A DNA stretch of 64,000 nucleotides, taken from assembly GCA_963721455.1 (NCBI GenBank), contig CAVRJG010000038.1, forward strand, positions 64,001 through 128,000, written 5' to 3'. This DNA comes from an uncultured Methanosarcinaceae archaeon (lineage in GTDB: Archaea; Halobacteriota; Methanosarcinia; Methanosarcinales; Methanosarcinaceae). Within the stretch, counting starts at the first letter, position 1, and the number at the start of each line of letters is the position of its first letter. Shown piece by piece: positions 21,702-31,200 of the stretch. The notes below the pieces were generated by a model, which saw only the letters and a list, made by a program, of their open reading frames with translations, had not been told where the DNA came from and did not search any database. Made by a program: the position numbers and the translations under genes.

Positions 21702-22142
21702 GTGGATATGGAAGCAGAGAAAGAAAAAGATAGAAAGAGTCAGGGGAAGGGTAGAATCGACGTTCCTAAAAATCGCAAGCATGAAAAAACATACCTCATT
21801 CTTGTGAGTATCTTTCTCGCAACTATCCTTTTTTACACCCTTTATATCGGCCAGCTTCTCTGGGGCATAGTTATTGATATCCTTATTTTGAGGCTTTATT
21901 TCCTCATGAGAAGGGAAAGGAGTTACTTCAGGGAATGTGACTGGAATGAAGAAGAAGCCGGAACTCCTCATGACCCCGAAATGAAAAGGAAAATCAGGCT
22001 TGCGAACATTCTTATTACCCTTTTCGTGCTTGGGGTGGTTATTTATTCATACTTTACTTTCCAGTTTATATGGGGAGTCGTTGCGGGTTTGTTGATTTTG
22101 CTTTATGTGCACATGCTGCTGTTTTCAGAAGATAACCTCTAA
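21702..22142 (+). CDS. Small 4-TM membrane protein made of two LonB membrane-anchor-like repeats
   Basis: Two hydrophobic hairpins (..GQLLWGIVIDILIL; NILITLFVLGVVIYSYFTFQFIWGVVAGLLILL) matching the LonB TM segment encoded at ~24058-24156; SD-like agggaaaggg upstream. Confidence 0.8.
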   Translation: MDMEAEKEKDRKSQGKGRIDVPKNRKHEKTYLILVSIFLATILFYTLYIGQLLWGIVIDILILRLYFLMRRERSYFRECDWNEEEAGTPHDPEMKRKIRLANILITLFVLGVVIYSYFTFQFIWGVVAGLLILLYVHMLLFSEDNL

Positions 22143-22237
22143 AGGTGAGAATCTTCAAGCTGCAAGAGATTGCGAGCTTTAAGAGATTGCCTGTGCATCT
22201 GAGATGAAATCCTTATAGATAATTCCATAGTCGATTC

Positions 22238-23011
22238 TTAAAGCCTTTCCAGTTTTTCCAGCCTTTCCCGGGTTAAAGCAATGGCTTCTTTAACATTCTC
22301 ATTTTCAGGCTGCTGGGCGAGAAGGTCTTCCTGCATGACGAGTGCTCTTTCAAGGCTCTGTTTTGCAGCCTCATTATTTTCCGGGCCCTGCCGGATGAGG
22401 CAGTTTCCTAACTGGCTGAGCGCGACTGAAAGTTCGGCCTGATAGCCTGGGTTATCGGGTTTTTCTTCAAAGAGCTTCCCGTAAATCTCAATTGCTTGCC
22501 TGAGGATCTCGCATGCTCCTTCAAAAGAGCCTGTATCCGTAAGCAGGGCGGCGTAGTTGTTCAGGTTTTCGCCGGCATAGGATCGGAAGACTGCATTTTC
22601 AGGATCTTTAGCCAGGAGGTTTACATAGATCTCACGGGCGCGGATATAGTATTCGGCAGCTCTGTGATTTTCTCCTTTCTTTTTAAGAAGGTTTCCAGTA
22701 TTGCTCAGGGTTGTGCCCATGTAGTGCTGATAATCGGTATTTTCAGGGTCGGTTTTGAGAAGTTCGGCACCAGCATCGAGGGCTTTTTCATAGGTTTCGA
22801 GGGCCTCATCGTATTTCGATGCAGAATAAAGGATACCTCCGCGCGTGAAAAGAATGTAATAGAGGGCATCAGTGGACTTTGTTTTATTTGCTGATTTTTC
22901 AGCTTTATCTAGAGTTTCAAGAGCCTTATCCAGTTTGCCTTTCTTGATCTGGGTTACGGCACTGTGGATCTGCTTCAGAAGGAGAAGATTTTTGACCTTG
23001 CTTCTGGACAT
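22238..23011 (-). CDS. TPR protein
   Basis: YEKALD...DPENTDYQ...TLSNTGNLL; same repeat type as the neighbours. Confidence 0.88.
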   Translation of the reverse strand: MSRSKVKNLLLLKQIHSAVTQIKKGKLDKALETLDKAEKSANKTKSTDALYYILFTRGGILYSASKYDEALETYEKALDAGAELLKTDPENTDYQHYMGTTLSNTGNLLKKKGENHRAAEYYIRAREIYVNLLAKDPENAVFRSYAGENLNNYAALLTDTGSFEGACEILRQAIEIYGKLFEEKPDNPGYQAELSVALSQLGNCLIRQGPENNEAAKQSLERALVMQEDLLAQQPENENVKEAIALTRERLEKLERL

Positions 23012-23463
23012 AAGAGGAAAATGCTTCCTGTTTTTTAAATAACTGTCGATGCCGATTTATGATGCCGGGAGAATAATAACTCTGAATTTGCGGACAATGC
23101 TTAATGTATAAATAGAGGAGGTATCATAGGTTAATTGAAACTATCTTAAAGATTGATCTTAAAGATTGATCTGAGCATTGATTTTCGAATCGCTTTTTCG
23201 AGCCAGGTATGCAACTAGCAAATAGTATATAACAAAAGGTTTCTATATACTGTATACACAGTTGTAGGTTAATTTTATATACAGTAAGTTTATATAATTA
23301 GCCGAAGTATGGATGGGGTTACAGTAACCTCCGGAATTTGTTATTGTGACATCCGCTTTTTGCCAATCATTTTATCACTAAGTCTGTTATTTTTTCGAAA
23401 ACGTCAAGTATATATATTGATCAGTAACGTCTATTTAATAACGTTCGAATATGTGAGCTAACC

Positions 23464-25617
23464 ATGGTGTATAATAATAAGAACATAGACGAGTCTTCGG
23501 GGAAGGTGGACGAATCCGCTCCAACATTGGGTGAGTCCGTTCAGGACGTAGACAAGTCTGCGGCCGACCAGAGGAAGGATGAGTCGTCTGCGGCCGGGAA
23601 GGATGAGTCCGGTAGGGGTATAACCGGATCTGAATCCAATCAGGTTACTGAATCCAATCAGATTACTGAATCCAATCAGATTACGGCCGAGTCTCAGTCC
23701 GATCATGATATGGATGAAGATGTTGACATCGGCTTCCTGTTTGAAAACACTTCTAACATAGATGTACCCAAACTTCTTATAGACCAGGTGCTGGGGCAGG
23801 AGCATGCCGTAGAAGTCGTAAAAAAAGCGGCTAGCCAGAGACGGCACATTATGATGATAGGGACCCCGGGGACAGGGAAATCCCTGCTTGCAAAAGCGAT
23901 GGCTGAGCTTCTTCCTAAAGAAGAACTCAAGGATATCCTTGTATATCCTAATATGGAAGACCTCAACAACCCTAAAATCAGGGAGGTCCCTGCCGGAAAG
24001 GGCAGAGAAATCGTCATGGCTCACAAGATGGAAGCCAGGAAGAAAGCCCAGGCCAGGAATATGCTCATGATGCTTTTTGTATTGGGCATTATAATCTATT
24101 CTTATTTTGTTGCCCAATTGCTCTGGGGAATTATTGCAGGCATCATGATCCTCATGTTAACCCGCCAGTTCCTTCCTAAAGAGGAAATGATGATCCCGAA
24201 AATGGCGGTTTCCAATTATGACAAAGAGCACGCACCCTATATCGATGCAACCGGAGCCCATGCAGGAGCCCTGCTTGGTGATGTAAGGCACGACCCGTTC
24301 CAGTCAGGCGGGCTTGAAACCCCTGCTCACGACAGGGTAGAAGCCGGAGATATCCACAAGGCCCATAAAGGTGTGCTCTTTATTGATGAAATCAATACTC
24401 TCAGGCTGGAATCCCAGCAGAGTCTCCTGACTGCGCTCCAGGAAAAGGAATACCCTATTACAGGGCAGTCCGAGAGAAGTTCAGGCGCTCTTGTTAAAAC
24501 CGAGCCTGTACCCTGCGACTTCATTATGGTCTCTGCAGGGAACCTGGATGCAGTGCAGAAGATGCACCCTGCGCTCAGGTCAAGAATAAAAGGTTACGGC
24601 TACGAAGTCTACATGCGGGACTCCATGGAAGACTCTCCTGAAAACCGGAAGAAAATGGTCCGTTTCGTTGCCCAGGAAGTTGTTCGGGACGGGCACATAC
24701 CTCACTTTGACGAAGGCGCAGTAGAAGAAGTAATCCGGGAAGCCAGAAGGCGGGCAGGCAGGAAAGGTCATCTTACTCTAAAGCTCCGTGACCTTGGCGG
24801 GCTTGTCCGTGTGGCAGGAGACATTGCCCATTCCGAAGGCGCTCCAATTACAACTGCAGAACACGTGCTTGCGGCAAAGATGATTGCAAGGTCTATCGAA
24901 CAGCAGCTTGCAGACAGTTACCTGGATCAGCGTAAGGAATATGAATCCTTTATGAAAAGTGGTTCCGCTGTGGGCAGGGTTAACGGGCTTGCAGTCATGG
25001 GTGGAGATTCCGGAATTGTACTACCCATAGTGTCCGAAGTCACCCCTGCACTTTCCGGGACCGAAGGGCGCATTATCGCAACAGGTAAGCTTAAGACGAT
25101 TGCAAAGGAAGCAGTTCTAAACGTCTCTGCCGTGATTAAGAACATGACCGGTACGGACATATCCAGACATGACGTCCACATCCAGTTTGTAGGGACCTAC
25201 GAAGGTGTCGAAGGAGACAGTGCATCAGTTTCCATTGCAACTGCCGTCATATCTGCCATTGAGAGGATTCCTGTGGATCAGACCGTGGCAATGACAGGTT
25301 CCCTCTCTGTCAGGGGAGATGTCTTGCCTGTAGGTGGAGTAACCTACAAGATCGAGGCTGCAGCCAGGGCAGGTATAAGGAAAGTTATCATCCCGAAAGC
25401 AAACGAGGCAGATGTTCTTATTGAAAAGGCGTACCGGGATAAGATTCAGATTGTTCCGGTTTCTACGATTGCGGAAGTGCTGGAGCATAGTCTTGTGGGG
25501 CCCAGAAAGAACAATATTATCGAAAAACTGAAGAACATTACAAAAATCAGTTTCGATATTCCTGAAGTCTCACCCGCTTCCGTACAGGCTAAAAATCTTT
25601 TTGGGTGCAGGAACTGA
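23464..25617 (+). CDS. lonB: Membrane-anchored ATP-dependent protease LonB
   Basis: Walker A GTPGTGKS, TM insertion, GDVRHDP, Walker B LFIDEI, catalytic EGDSAS and ..VTYKIEA. Confidence 0.96.
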   Translation: MVYNNKNIDESSGKVDESAPTLGESVQDVDKSAADQRKDESSAAGKDESGRGITGSESNQVTESNQITESNQITAESQSDHDMDEDVDIGFLFENTSNIDVPKLLIDQVLGQEHAVEVVKKAASQRRHIMMIGTPGTGKSLLAKAMAELLPKEELKDILVYPNMEDLNNPKIREVPAGKGREIVMAHKMEARKKAQARNMLMMLFVLGIIIYSYFVAQLLWGIIAGIMILMLTRQFLPKEEMMIPKMAVSNYDKEHAPYIDATGAHAGALLGDVRHDPFQSGGLETPAHDRVEAGDIHKAHKGVLFIDEINTLRLESQQSLLTALQEKEYPITGQSERSSGALVKTEPVPCDFIMVSAGNLDAVQKMHPALRSRIKGYGYEVYMRDSMEDSPENRKKMVRFVAQEVVRDGHIPHFDEGAVEEVIREARRRAGRKGHLTLKLRDLGGLVRVAGDIAHSEGAPITTAEHVLAAKMIARSIEQQLADSYLDQRKEYESFMKSGSAVGRVNGLAVMGGDSGIVLPIVSEVTPALSGTEGRIIATGKLKTIAKEAVLNVSAVIKNMTGTDISRHDVHIQFVGTYEGVEGDSASVSIATAVISAIERIPVDQTVAMTGSLSVRGDVLPVGGVTYKIEAAARAGIRKVIIPKANEADVLIEKAYRDKIQIVPVSTIAEVLEHSLVGPRKNNIIEKLKNITKISFDIPEVSPASVQAKNLFGCRN

Positions 25618-25619
25618 TT

Positions 25620-26960
25620 ATGACAGGCATTATGCAGCACATTAAATTTTATGACTGCAGGGTGATAGAGGGCAGTTCCACCTCTATTATCCTGGATAAC
25701 GGAAAGATTGAAGAAATTTCCAGAAACTTCACGCGGGGGGCCGGCGTAAGGGCTCTCTGTGGGGGTTCCTGGGGCTATACGGCTGTAGAAGGAGATATCA
25801 ACCTTAAAAAGGGAGTCGAAGCTGCCTCAAAGCTTGCTTTTTCTATGAACGCTAACACCCCCAAAGAAGCCGTAGAGCTTGCAGCCGTGAATTCTCCGGA
25901 GATAACGAATCTCCCTGAAATCAGGATCGATCCAAGGGATATTGCTATCGAGGAAAAGGTTGACCTTTTGAAGAGCATAGAAACAAATGCAAAGGTAAAA
26001 GGAGTCAACAGCACCAAAGTAATATATATGGAATCCGAGTTCAAAATCGAATACAGGAGTTCCGATGGCCTGGAATGTGCTTATGAGCTTCTGAACGTCG
26101 GTTTTGCCGTTTCTGCAGTTGCTTCGGAGAACGGTGTATACCAGGCAGGCAGGGAAAGCCGCTTTGGGTATGGGTATGAACTTTTTGAGAAAGAAAATGC
26201 TCTGGAACTTGCAGCCAGGGCAGGAAACACTGCAGTCGAACTTCTTAAAGCGAAAACCCCTAAAGGCGGGGAAATGCCTGTGATTCTTGACCAGGAACTG
26301 GCTGGCGTTTTTGCCCACGAAGCTGTTGGGCACGCATCGGAAGCCGATCTTGTCCTTGAAGGGGACTCCATCCTTGAAAACAGGATAGGAGAACAGATCG
26401 CATCTCCCCTTATTACGATCATCGACGACCCTACCCTTCACGAGTTCGGGTACTATCCTTTTGATGCGGAAGGGGCACAATCAAGAAGGACCGAGATTAT
26501 AAGCGACGGAGTCTTTAATTCCTATCTCCATTCCCGGGAAACTGCAGCCAAACTCGGGGGAACCCCTGGGAACTGCAGGGCTCAGGGCTATTCCATGCCG
26601 GTTGTCAGGATGAGCAATACCTTCATAGACAACGGGGATGCCAGGTTTGAAGAAATGCTTGAGGAGGTCCGGGATGGAATGTATCTCACCGGGTCCAGAG
26701 GCGGACAGGTGAATACCGGGGAAGGGATTTTCCAGTTCAATGCCGAAAAAGGGTACCTGATAAGAAATGGGGAACTCACCGAACTTATAAGGGACGTTTC
26801 TCTCTCTGGAAAAACCCTTGAGATTCTCAACCAGGTAGCTCTGGTGGGCAATGACCTGAAAATGACTGCAGGCAGATGTGGAAAATCCGGGCAGCTTGTG
26901 CCCGTATCAGACGGTTCTCCTCATCTTGCCATCTCAAAAGCCCTTGTGGGAGGTGCCTGA
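25620..26960 (+). CDS. tldD: TldD family metalloprotease
   Basis: FAHEAVGHASEAD zinc motif, VVRMSNT, C-terminal CGK.GQ. Confidence 0.92.
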   Translation: MTGIMQHIKFYDCRVIEGSSTSIILDNGKIEEISRNFTRGAGVRALCGGSWGYTAVEGDINLKKGVEAASKLAFSMNANTPKEAVELAAVNSPEITNLPEIRIDPRDIAIEEKVDLLKSIETNAKVKGVNSTKVIYMESEFKIEYRSSDGLECAYELLNVGFAVSAVASENGVYQAGRESRFGYGYELFEKENALELAARAGNTAVELLKAKTPKGGEMPVILDQELAGVFAHEAVGHASEADLVLEGDSILENRIGEQIASPLITIIDDPTLHEFGYYPFDAEGAQSRRTEIISDGVFNSYLHSRETAAKLGGTPGNCRAQGYSMPVVRMSNTFIDNGDARFEEMLEEVRDGMYLTGSRGGQVNTGEGIFQFNAEKGYLIRNGELTELIRDVSLSGKTLEILNQVALVGNDLKMTAGRCGKSGQLVPVSDGSPHLAISKALVGGA

Positions 26961-26962
26961 AG

Positions 26963-28273
26963 ATGTACGATCTTGCAAGAAAAGCTCTCAAGCTGGCAGA
27001 AAAAGCAGGGGCTGAAGAGGCTGAAATTTATTATGCTGCAAATCACTCAACAGGTGTGAATTTTAAAAAGGATGCCCTTGAGAACGCTAAAGATCGCTTC
27101 TCGGAAGGCATAGGAATCCGGGCCATAGTAAATGGAGCAGTTGGTTTTGCCAGTACAAATTCCGCAGCAGAACTTGAAAATGCTGTTGAAGTTGCAGTTG
27201 CCGAAGCGAGGGTCCGGGAAAACGACCCTGACTGGGTGAGTCTACCTTCTAATGGGAAATACCCCAGGGTCTCGGGAATCTTTGATAAAAAAGTAGAAGC
27301 TATGGAACTCGAAGAGTGTATCGAGTATGCCCTGGCGCTCGTTGAAGGCACAAAAGAGTTTCCAGGCACGCTTCCGACCTCAGGAGGCTTTACCCGGGCA
27401 AAAAGCAGGCAGCTTATCCTGAATACAAACGGGATAGAAATAGAAGAAGAATCCACAGCTGTTTCGGGTTTTGTGGATGTTATTACGGTAAACGGGCATA
27501 CTTCAACAGCGTATGATTTTGCTGTTTCCCGTTCTCTTGATATTGACTTCTTTGCTCTGGGCAAAAACGCATCCGATCTTGCCCTGAAGTCCAATGGCGG
27601 AATAAAGATCGAACCGCAGAAAACTGATGTAATTTTCCATCCTTTTGCTTTTTCGGATATTATTGAAGAAGCCCTTGCCCCTTCCATTGACGCGGACAAT
27701 GTCCAGAAGGGAAGGTCAGGCCTGATTGAAAAGCTCGGGGAAGAACTGGCAGTTCCGGAACTGAGCATCTACGATGACGGGCTGATTGAGGCAGGAATCG
27801 AGACTTCAGTGTCTGACGACGAAGGTGTCCCTTCGCAGCGCACCACTGTGATCGAGAAAGGTTTGCTTAAGACTTACCTGTATGACAGCTATACCGCAGG
27901 AAAAGCAGGCGTAAAGAGCACAGGTAATGGCTCAAGGTCTTCTTATACCAGCCCTCCTTCGGTAGGGCTCAGGAACTTTATTATTGATTATCCGAAGACG
28001 GATGTTATTGCTGACACGCGGTCCGGAGTTTTCGTAAATACGATTATCGGTGCCCACACAGCAAACTCAATTTCAGGAGATTTTTCCGTAGAAGCCAGAA
28101 ATGCTTTCACAATCAAAGACGGAGCTCTTGATAAGCCTGTAAAGTCTCTTATGATTTCGGGCAACGCCTTCGAACTCTTAAAACAAATCACAGGTGCAGG
28201 CTTTGATGTCAGGAAAGTCGGAGGTATAATTACACCTTCGATCCGGGTTTCGGATATGAGCGTAATAGGTTAA
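26963..28273 (+). CDS. pmbA: PmbA/TldE family protein (start at ATG 26963, not 26876)
   Basis: AEEAEIY, GIGIRAI, DDEGVP, STGNG, SGDFS; lacks HExxxH; follows tldD with SD ggaggtg. Confidence 0.9.
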   Translation: MYDLARKALKLAEKAGAEEAEIYYAANHSTGVNFKKDALENAKDRFSEGIGIRAIVNGAVGFASTNSAAELENAVEVAVAEARVRENDPDWVSLPSNGKYPRVSGIFDKKVEAMELEECIEYALALVEGTKEFPGTLPTSGGFTRAKSRQLILNTNGIEIEEESTAVSGFVDVITVNGHTSTAYDFAVSRSLDIDFFALGKNASDLALKSNGGIKIEPQKTDVIFHPFAFSDIIEEALAPSIDADNVQKGRSGLIEKLGEELAVPELSIYDDGLIEAGIETSVSDDEGVPSQRTTVIEKGLLKTYLYDSYTAGKAGVKSTGNGSRSSYTSPPSVGLRNFIIDYPKTDVIADTRSGVFVNTIIGAHTANSISGDFSVEARNAFTIKDGALDKPVKSLMISGNAFELLKQITGAGFDVRKVGGIITPSIRVSDMSVIG

Positions 28274-28369
28274 GGCTCTTAAAGAGCCTCTTCTTTTTTC
28301 AATAATGATACCGCGTTTTAACAAGAATACTGCGTTTTAACATAATTCAGTTTGCAGAAGAATTTTCAC

Positions 28370-28819
28370 TTATTTCTCGGTTTCGCCTTTTACGACCAGC
28401 ACCGGTATTTTCGAATGCCTTACTACATTTTCAGCTACGCTCCCCAATAGGAACCTTTCAAGCCCTGTTTTTCCAAGTGTACCCATGACGATAAGGTCTA
28501 TACCTTCCTGTTCTGAAAACTCCAGAATTTTGTCTGCAGGATGCCCTTCAAGAGTTACAGGTTCTACCTTAACGCCGGCAGTTTTCCCGGCATCTTCAAC
28601 AAAAGCAATGGCTTTATCCCCTTCAGCCTGTAGAAATTCTCTCAATGATTTCTCCCACCCAAAGTCTCTGGGAGAATAGCCTGCCGGGACAATTACGTAC
28701 ACAGCATAGAGTTTTGCTCCACTAAGCTTCGCAAGCTCAATTCCTGTTTCAATTGCTTTTCTGACGGCTTTCGAACCGTCGGTTGAAACCATTATCTTTT
28801 CGTATTTTTTGCCTTCCAC
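28370..28819 (-). CDS. Universal stress protein (UspA family)
   Basis: KIMVSTDGS...DLIVMGTLGKTG...GSVAENVVRHS. Confidence 0.93.
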   Translation of the reverse strand: MEGKKYEKIMVSTDGSKAVRKAIETGIELAKLSGAKLYAVYVIVPAGYSPRDFGWEKSLREFLQAEGDKAIAFVEDAGKTAGVKVEPVTLEGHPADKILEFSEQEGIDLIVMGTLGKTGLERFLLGSVAENVVRHSKIPVLVVKGETEK

Positions 28820-29417
28820 ACTAAAATCCCCAATTTTTTATATTATACCCTTTACAATTCCAAACCTCTGGAAACTTTCTGTTGTGCAGGCATCTTCTTT
28901 ATTTGTCCACACTTGCCGGAAAATGCATTCCATCCCCACGTTAGTATATATAATTATTATATAAATTACTTTTTAGTTAAGTTTTAATTTATTTACTGAT
29001 TGAAATCCTTTCAATTTTTACGTATGGAATAGTACCTTGTTTACTATAGTTACATACGGATAAAAAGCTCTTAAAACTCATGTATTTCGGATAATTTTGG
29101 CACAAAAAGGAATTCGCTTTTTTACTCACCAAAATACTTATATACAGTTTAATCGTCAGAAGGGATTGGTGAACGGATAACGCTCAAAATCAAGTTTTAT
29201 TGACAATAATTATATCCAACATATTTTAACCTCCTCCAAAACCCCCGTTCACTGCTATATTTTTTATATCTTTTTTAAGTTTATACAAGTAATCTTTAGT
29301 TATTTTATCTCTACGTTTCTTTCCTTTCAAATCCTCTTATCTTAAATTTTCAAAGTGTCTTAAATTTTCAGGGACGTCCTTCTTTCAAGAAAACTTTTCC
29401 GGAAGATTCTCTTGATC

Positions 29418-30362
29418 TTATGAAGCGATGCGTAGCAGTACTAACAAGATTGAGAACCTTACAAAAACGCTTATAGCGGTTGAGTACACGACAATCTGAA
29501 GGCCCAGGTGCGTCCCGAAAATAGCTACTTTTCCTGGAAGCTGGCTGCGAAGTGCAAAAATGGGGAGCATGAACATGCTGCCAAGCATGAGCACGATCAT
29601 TGCCTGTACGTTTGTGATCTCCCCTGAATGAATCATTGGACCCAGAAGAGAAATTCCCAGGATAGGGCTTGCTACATAGCTTGTCAGCGGGATAATTGAC
29701 CCGGGAGGTATTTTAAAAAGTTCAGCAAGAGGAAGTACACTGAAAATCTCGAAAGCTCCCTTATCCTGAAGAACAAAAATAATGGCGGTTGCAATAAGGT
29801 AAACCGCTGCAATCTTTAAAAAAGCCCTGAATTCTTTCCTGAAAGCCCTGATAAATGCATTTTTCAGGGATACTTTCTCCATACTTTGAGTTTCAGGAGC
29901 CCTGCAGGAGTTGCCTTTAAGGAACAATTTGCTTGCAACTGCAATTACCAGGATTTTGAACACTGCAGTGGCTACGAATACGAGGGAATAAAAACCCCCT
30001 ACAACAAGGCCAAGTGCAGGCAGGACGATCGGGATCTGGTAGGTAAAAAGTTCCCGGAAATAAGCAGGAGTAGCGTTCATCATTGCACAGAGTAAAACCT
30101 CCTTATCTTCAAGACAATTCTCTTTTTTTGCCTGGAAAAGCATGCTGTTTGCAGCTACAGTAGACCCTATTGACACTATAAAAGCTGAAGCGCATGTATC
30201 GGGCAGGTTAGTATAGGCAAAAATGGGGCTTACGAGCCTGGAAAATTTCTGCATCAGGCCAAGCTCTACAAGCACACTGGTGCCTACAAGCCCCACGAAA
30301 ATCGTTATGAGCACAGGAAGCGCAAAATCAAGCGCTCTGATAAAGAGGTTTATCATTGGCAA
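29418..30362 (-). CDS. Nucleoside recognition (Gate) domain membrane protein
   Basis: Polytopic; GLMQKFSRLVSPIFAYTNLP and PLAELFKIPP Gate-like repeats. Confidence 0.7.
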   Translation of the reverse strand: MPMINLFIRALDFALPVLITIFVGLVGTSVLVELGLMQKFSRLVSPIFAYTNLPDTCASAFIVSIGSTVAANSMLFQAKKENCLEDKEVLLCAMMNATPAYFRELFTYQIPIVLPALGLVVGGFYSLVFVATAVFKILVIAVASKLFLKGNSCRAPETQSMEKVSLKNAFIRAFRKEFRAFLKIAAVYLIATAIIFVLQDKGAFEIFSVLPLAELFKIPPGSIIPLTSYVASPILGISLLGPMIHSGEITNVQAMIVLMLGSMFMLPIFALRSQLPGKVAIFGTHLGLQIVVYSTAISVFVRFSILLVLLRIAS

Positions 30363-30433
30363 TTATTTGTATGGAGAGGTAAATCAATATATCCTGAAAA
30401 AGTCCGTGATTTCTGCCCTGAAAAATTTAATAT

Positions 30434-30901
30434 TCACATCCCTTCTTCGACAGTTTCTCCCCTTACAACAAGCACTGATTTTTTAGAGTGCCTGACCACA
30501 TTTTCGGCCACGCTTCCGAGCAGGAATCTATCAATTCCGGTTCTTCCGAGTGTACCCATTACGATGAGGTCAATGCCGTTCTTTTCTGCAAAATCGACAA
30601 TCTCACTTGCAGGGCTTCCTTCAAGGAGAACGGATTCTACCTCAACGTTTGCAGCTTTTCCGGCGTTTTCGACATAAGCTGTTGCCTCCTCACCTTCACT
30701 CCTGAAATATTCGAAAGTGGCCTTTTCCCATCCCACATCTTTAGGATAACCTATCGAAAGCCCTCCAGATGCGATCACATAGACGGCATACAGTTTTGCG
30801 TCGCTCATTTTTGCAACTTCAATTGCCGTATCAACTGCTTTTTTGACGAGTTCGGAACCGTCGGTTGCAACCATTATCTTCCTAAAACTACTGCTATTCA
30901 T
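30434..30901 (-). CDS. Universal stress protein (UspA family)
   Basis: KIMVATDGS...DLIVMGTLGRTG...GSVAENVVRHS; paralog of 28370-28819. Confidence 0.93.
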   Translation of the reverse strand: MNSSSFRKIMVATDGSELVKKAVDTAIEVAKMSDAKLYAVYVIASGGLSIGYPKDVGWEKATFEYFRSEGEEATAYVENAGKAANVEVESVLLEGSPASEIVDFAEKNGIDLIVMGTLGRTGIDRFLLGSVAENVVRHSKKSVLVVRGETVEEGM

Positions 30902-31006
30902 ATCTGACTCCCCTTTTATGTTCTCTATGTTAATAGGACAACGATCCTTTATATAATCTCATCCAGGAAAATAAAAAACTGACGACGGTCAGGCCTTTTT
31001 CCTGGT

Positions 31007-31173
31007 TTCGCTTCCCGAGTTTCGCCTCCCGAGTTCCGCTTCGGGAGCACGGGGTCCTTCTCGCACGCTCGAGAGGACTAATTTATAAAGTTCCGTTTTT
31101 CAGTGTTTTCCGTACTTTCGTGGTTATAGAGTATTGAGTGAATTAGTGTAAATATTCAAGCTCGAAACTATAG
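31007..31173. repeat. Dispersed REP-like hairpin repeat, copy 4 with tail
   Basis: cccgagttccgcttcgggagcacggggtccttctcgcacgctcgagaggactaa...gtgtaaatattcaagctcgaaactatag. Confidence 0.85.
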
Positions 31174-31200
31174 TATCAGGGCAGCTTCTGTGGATTTTGT

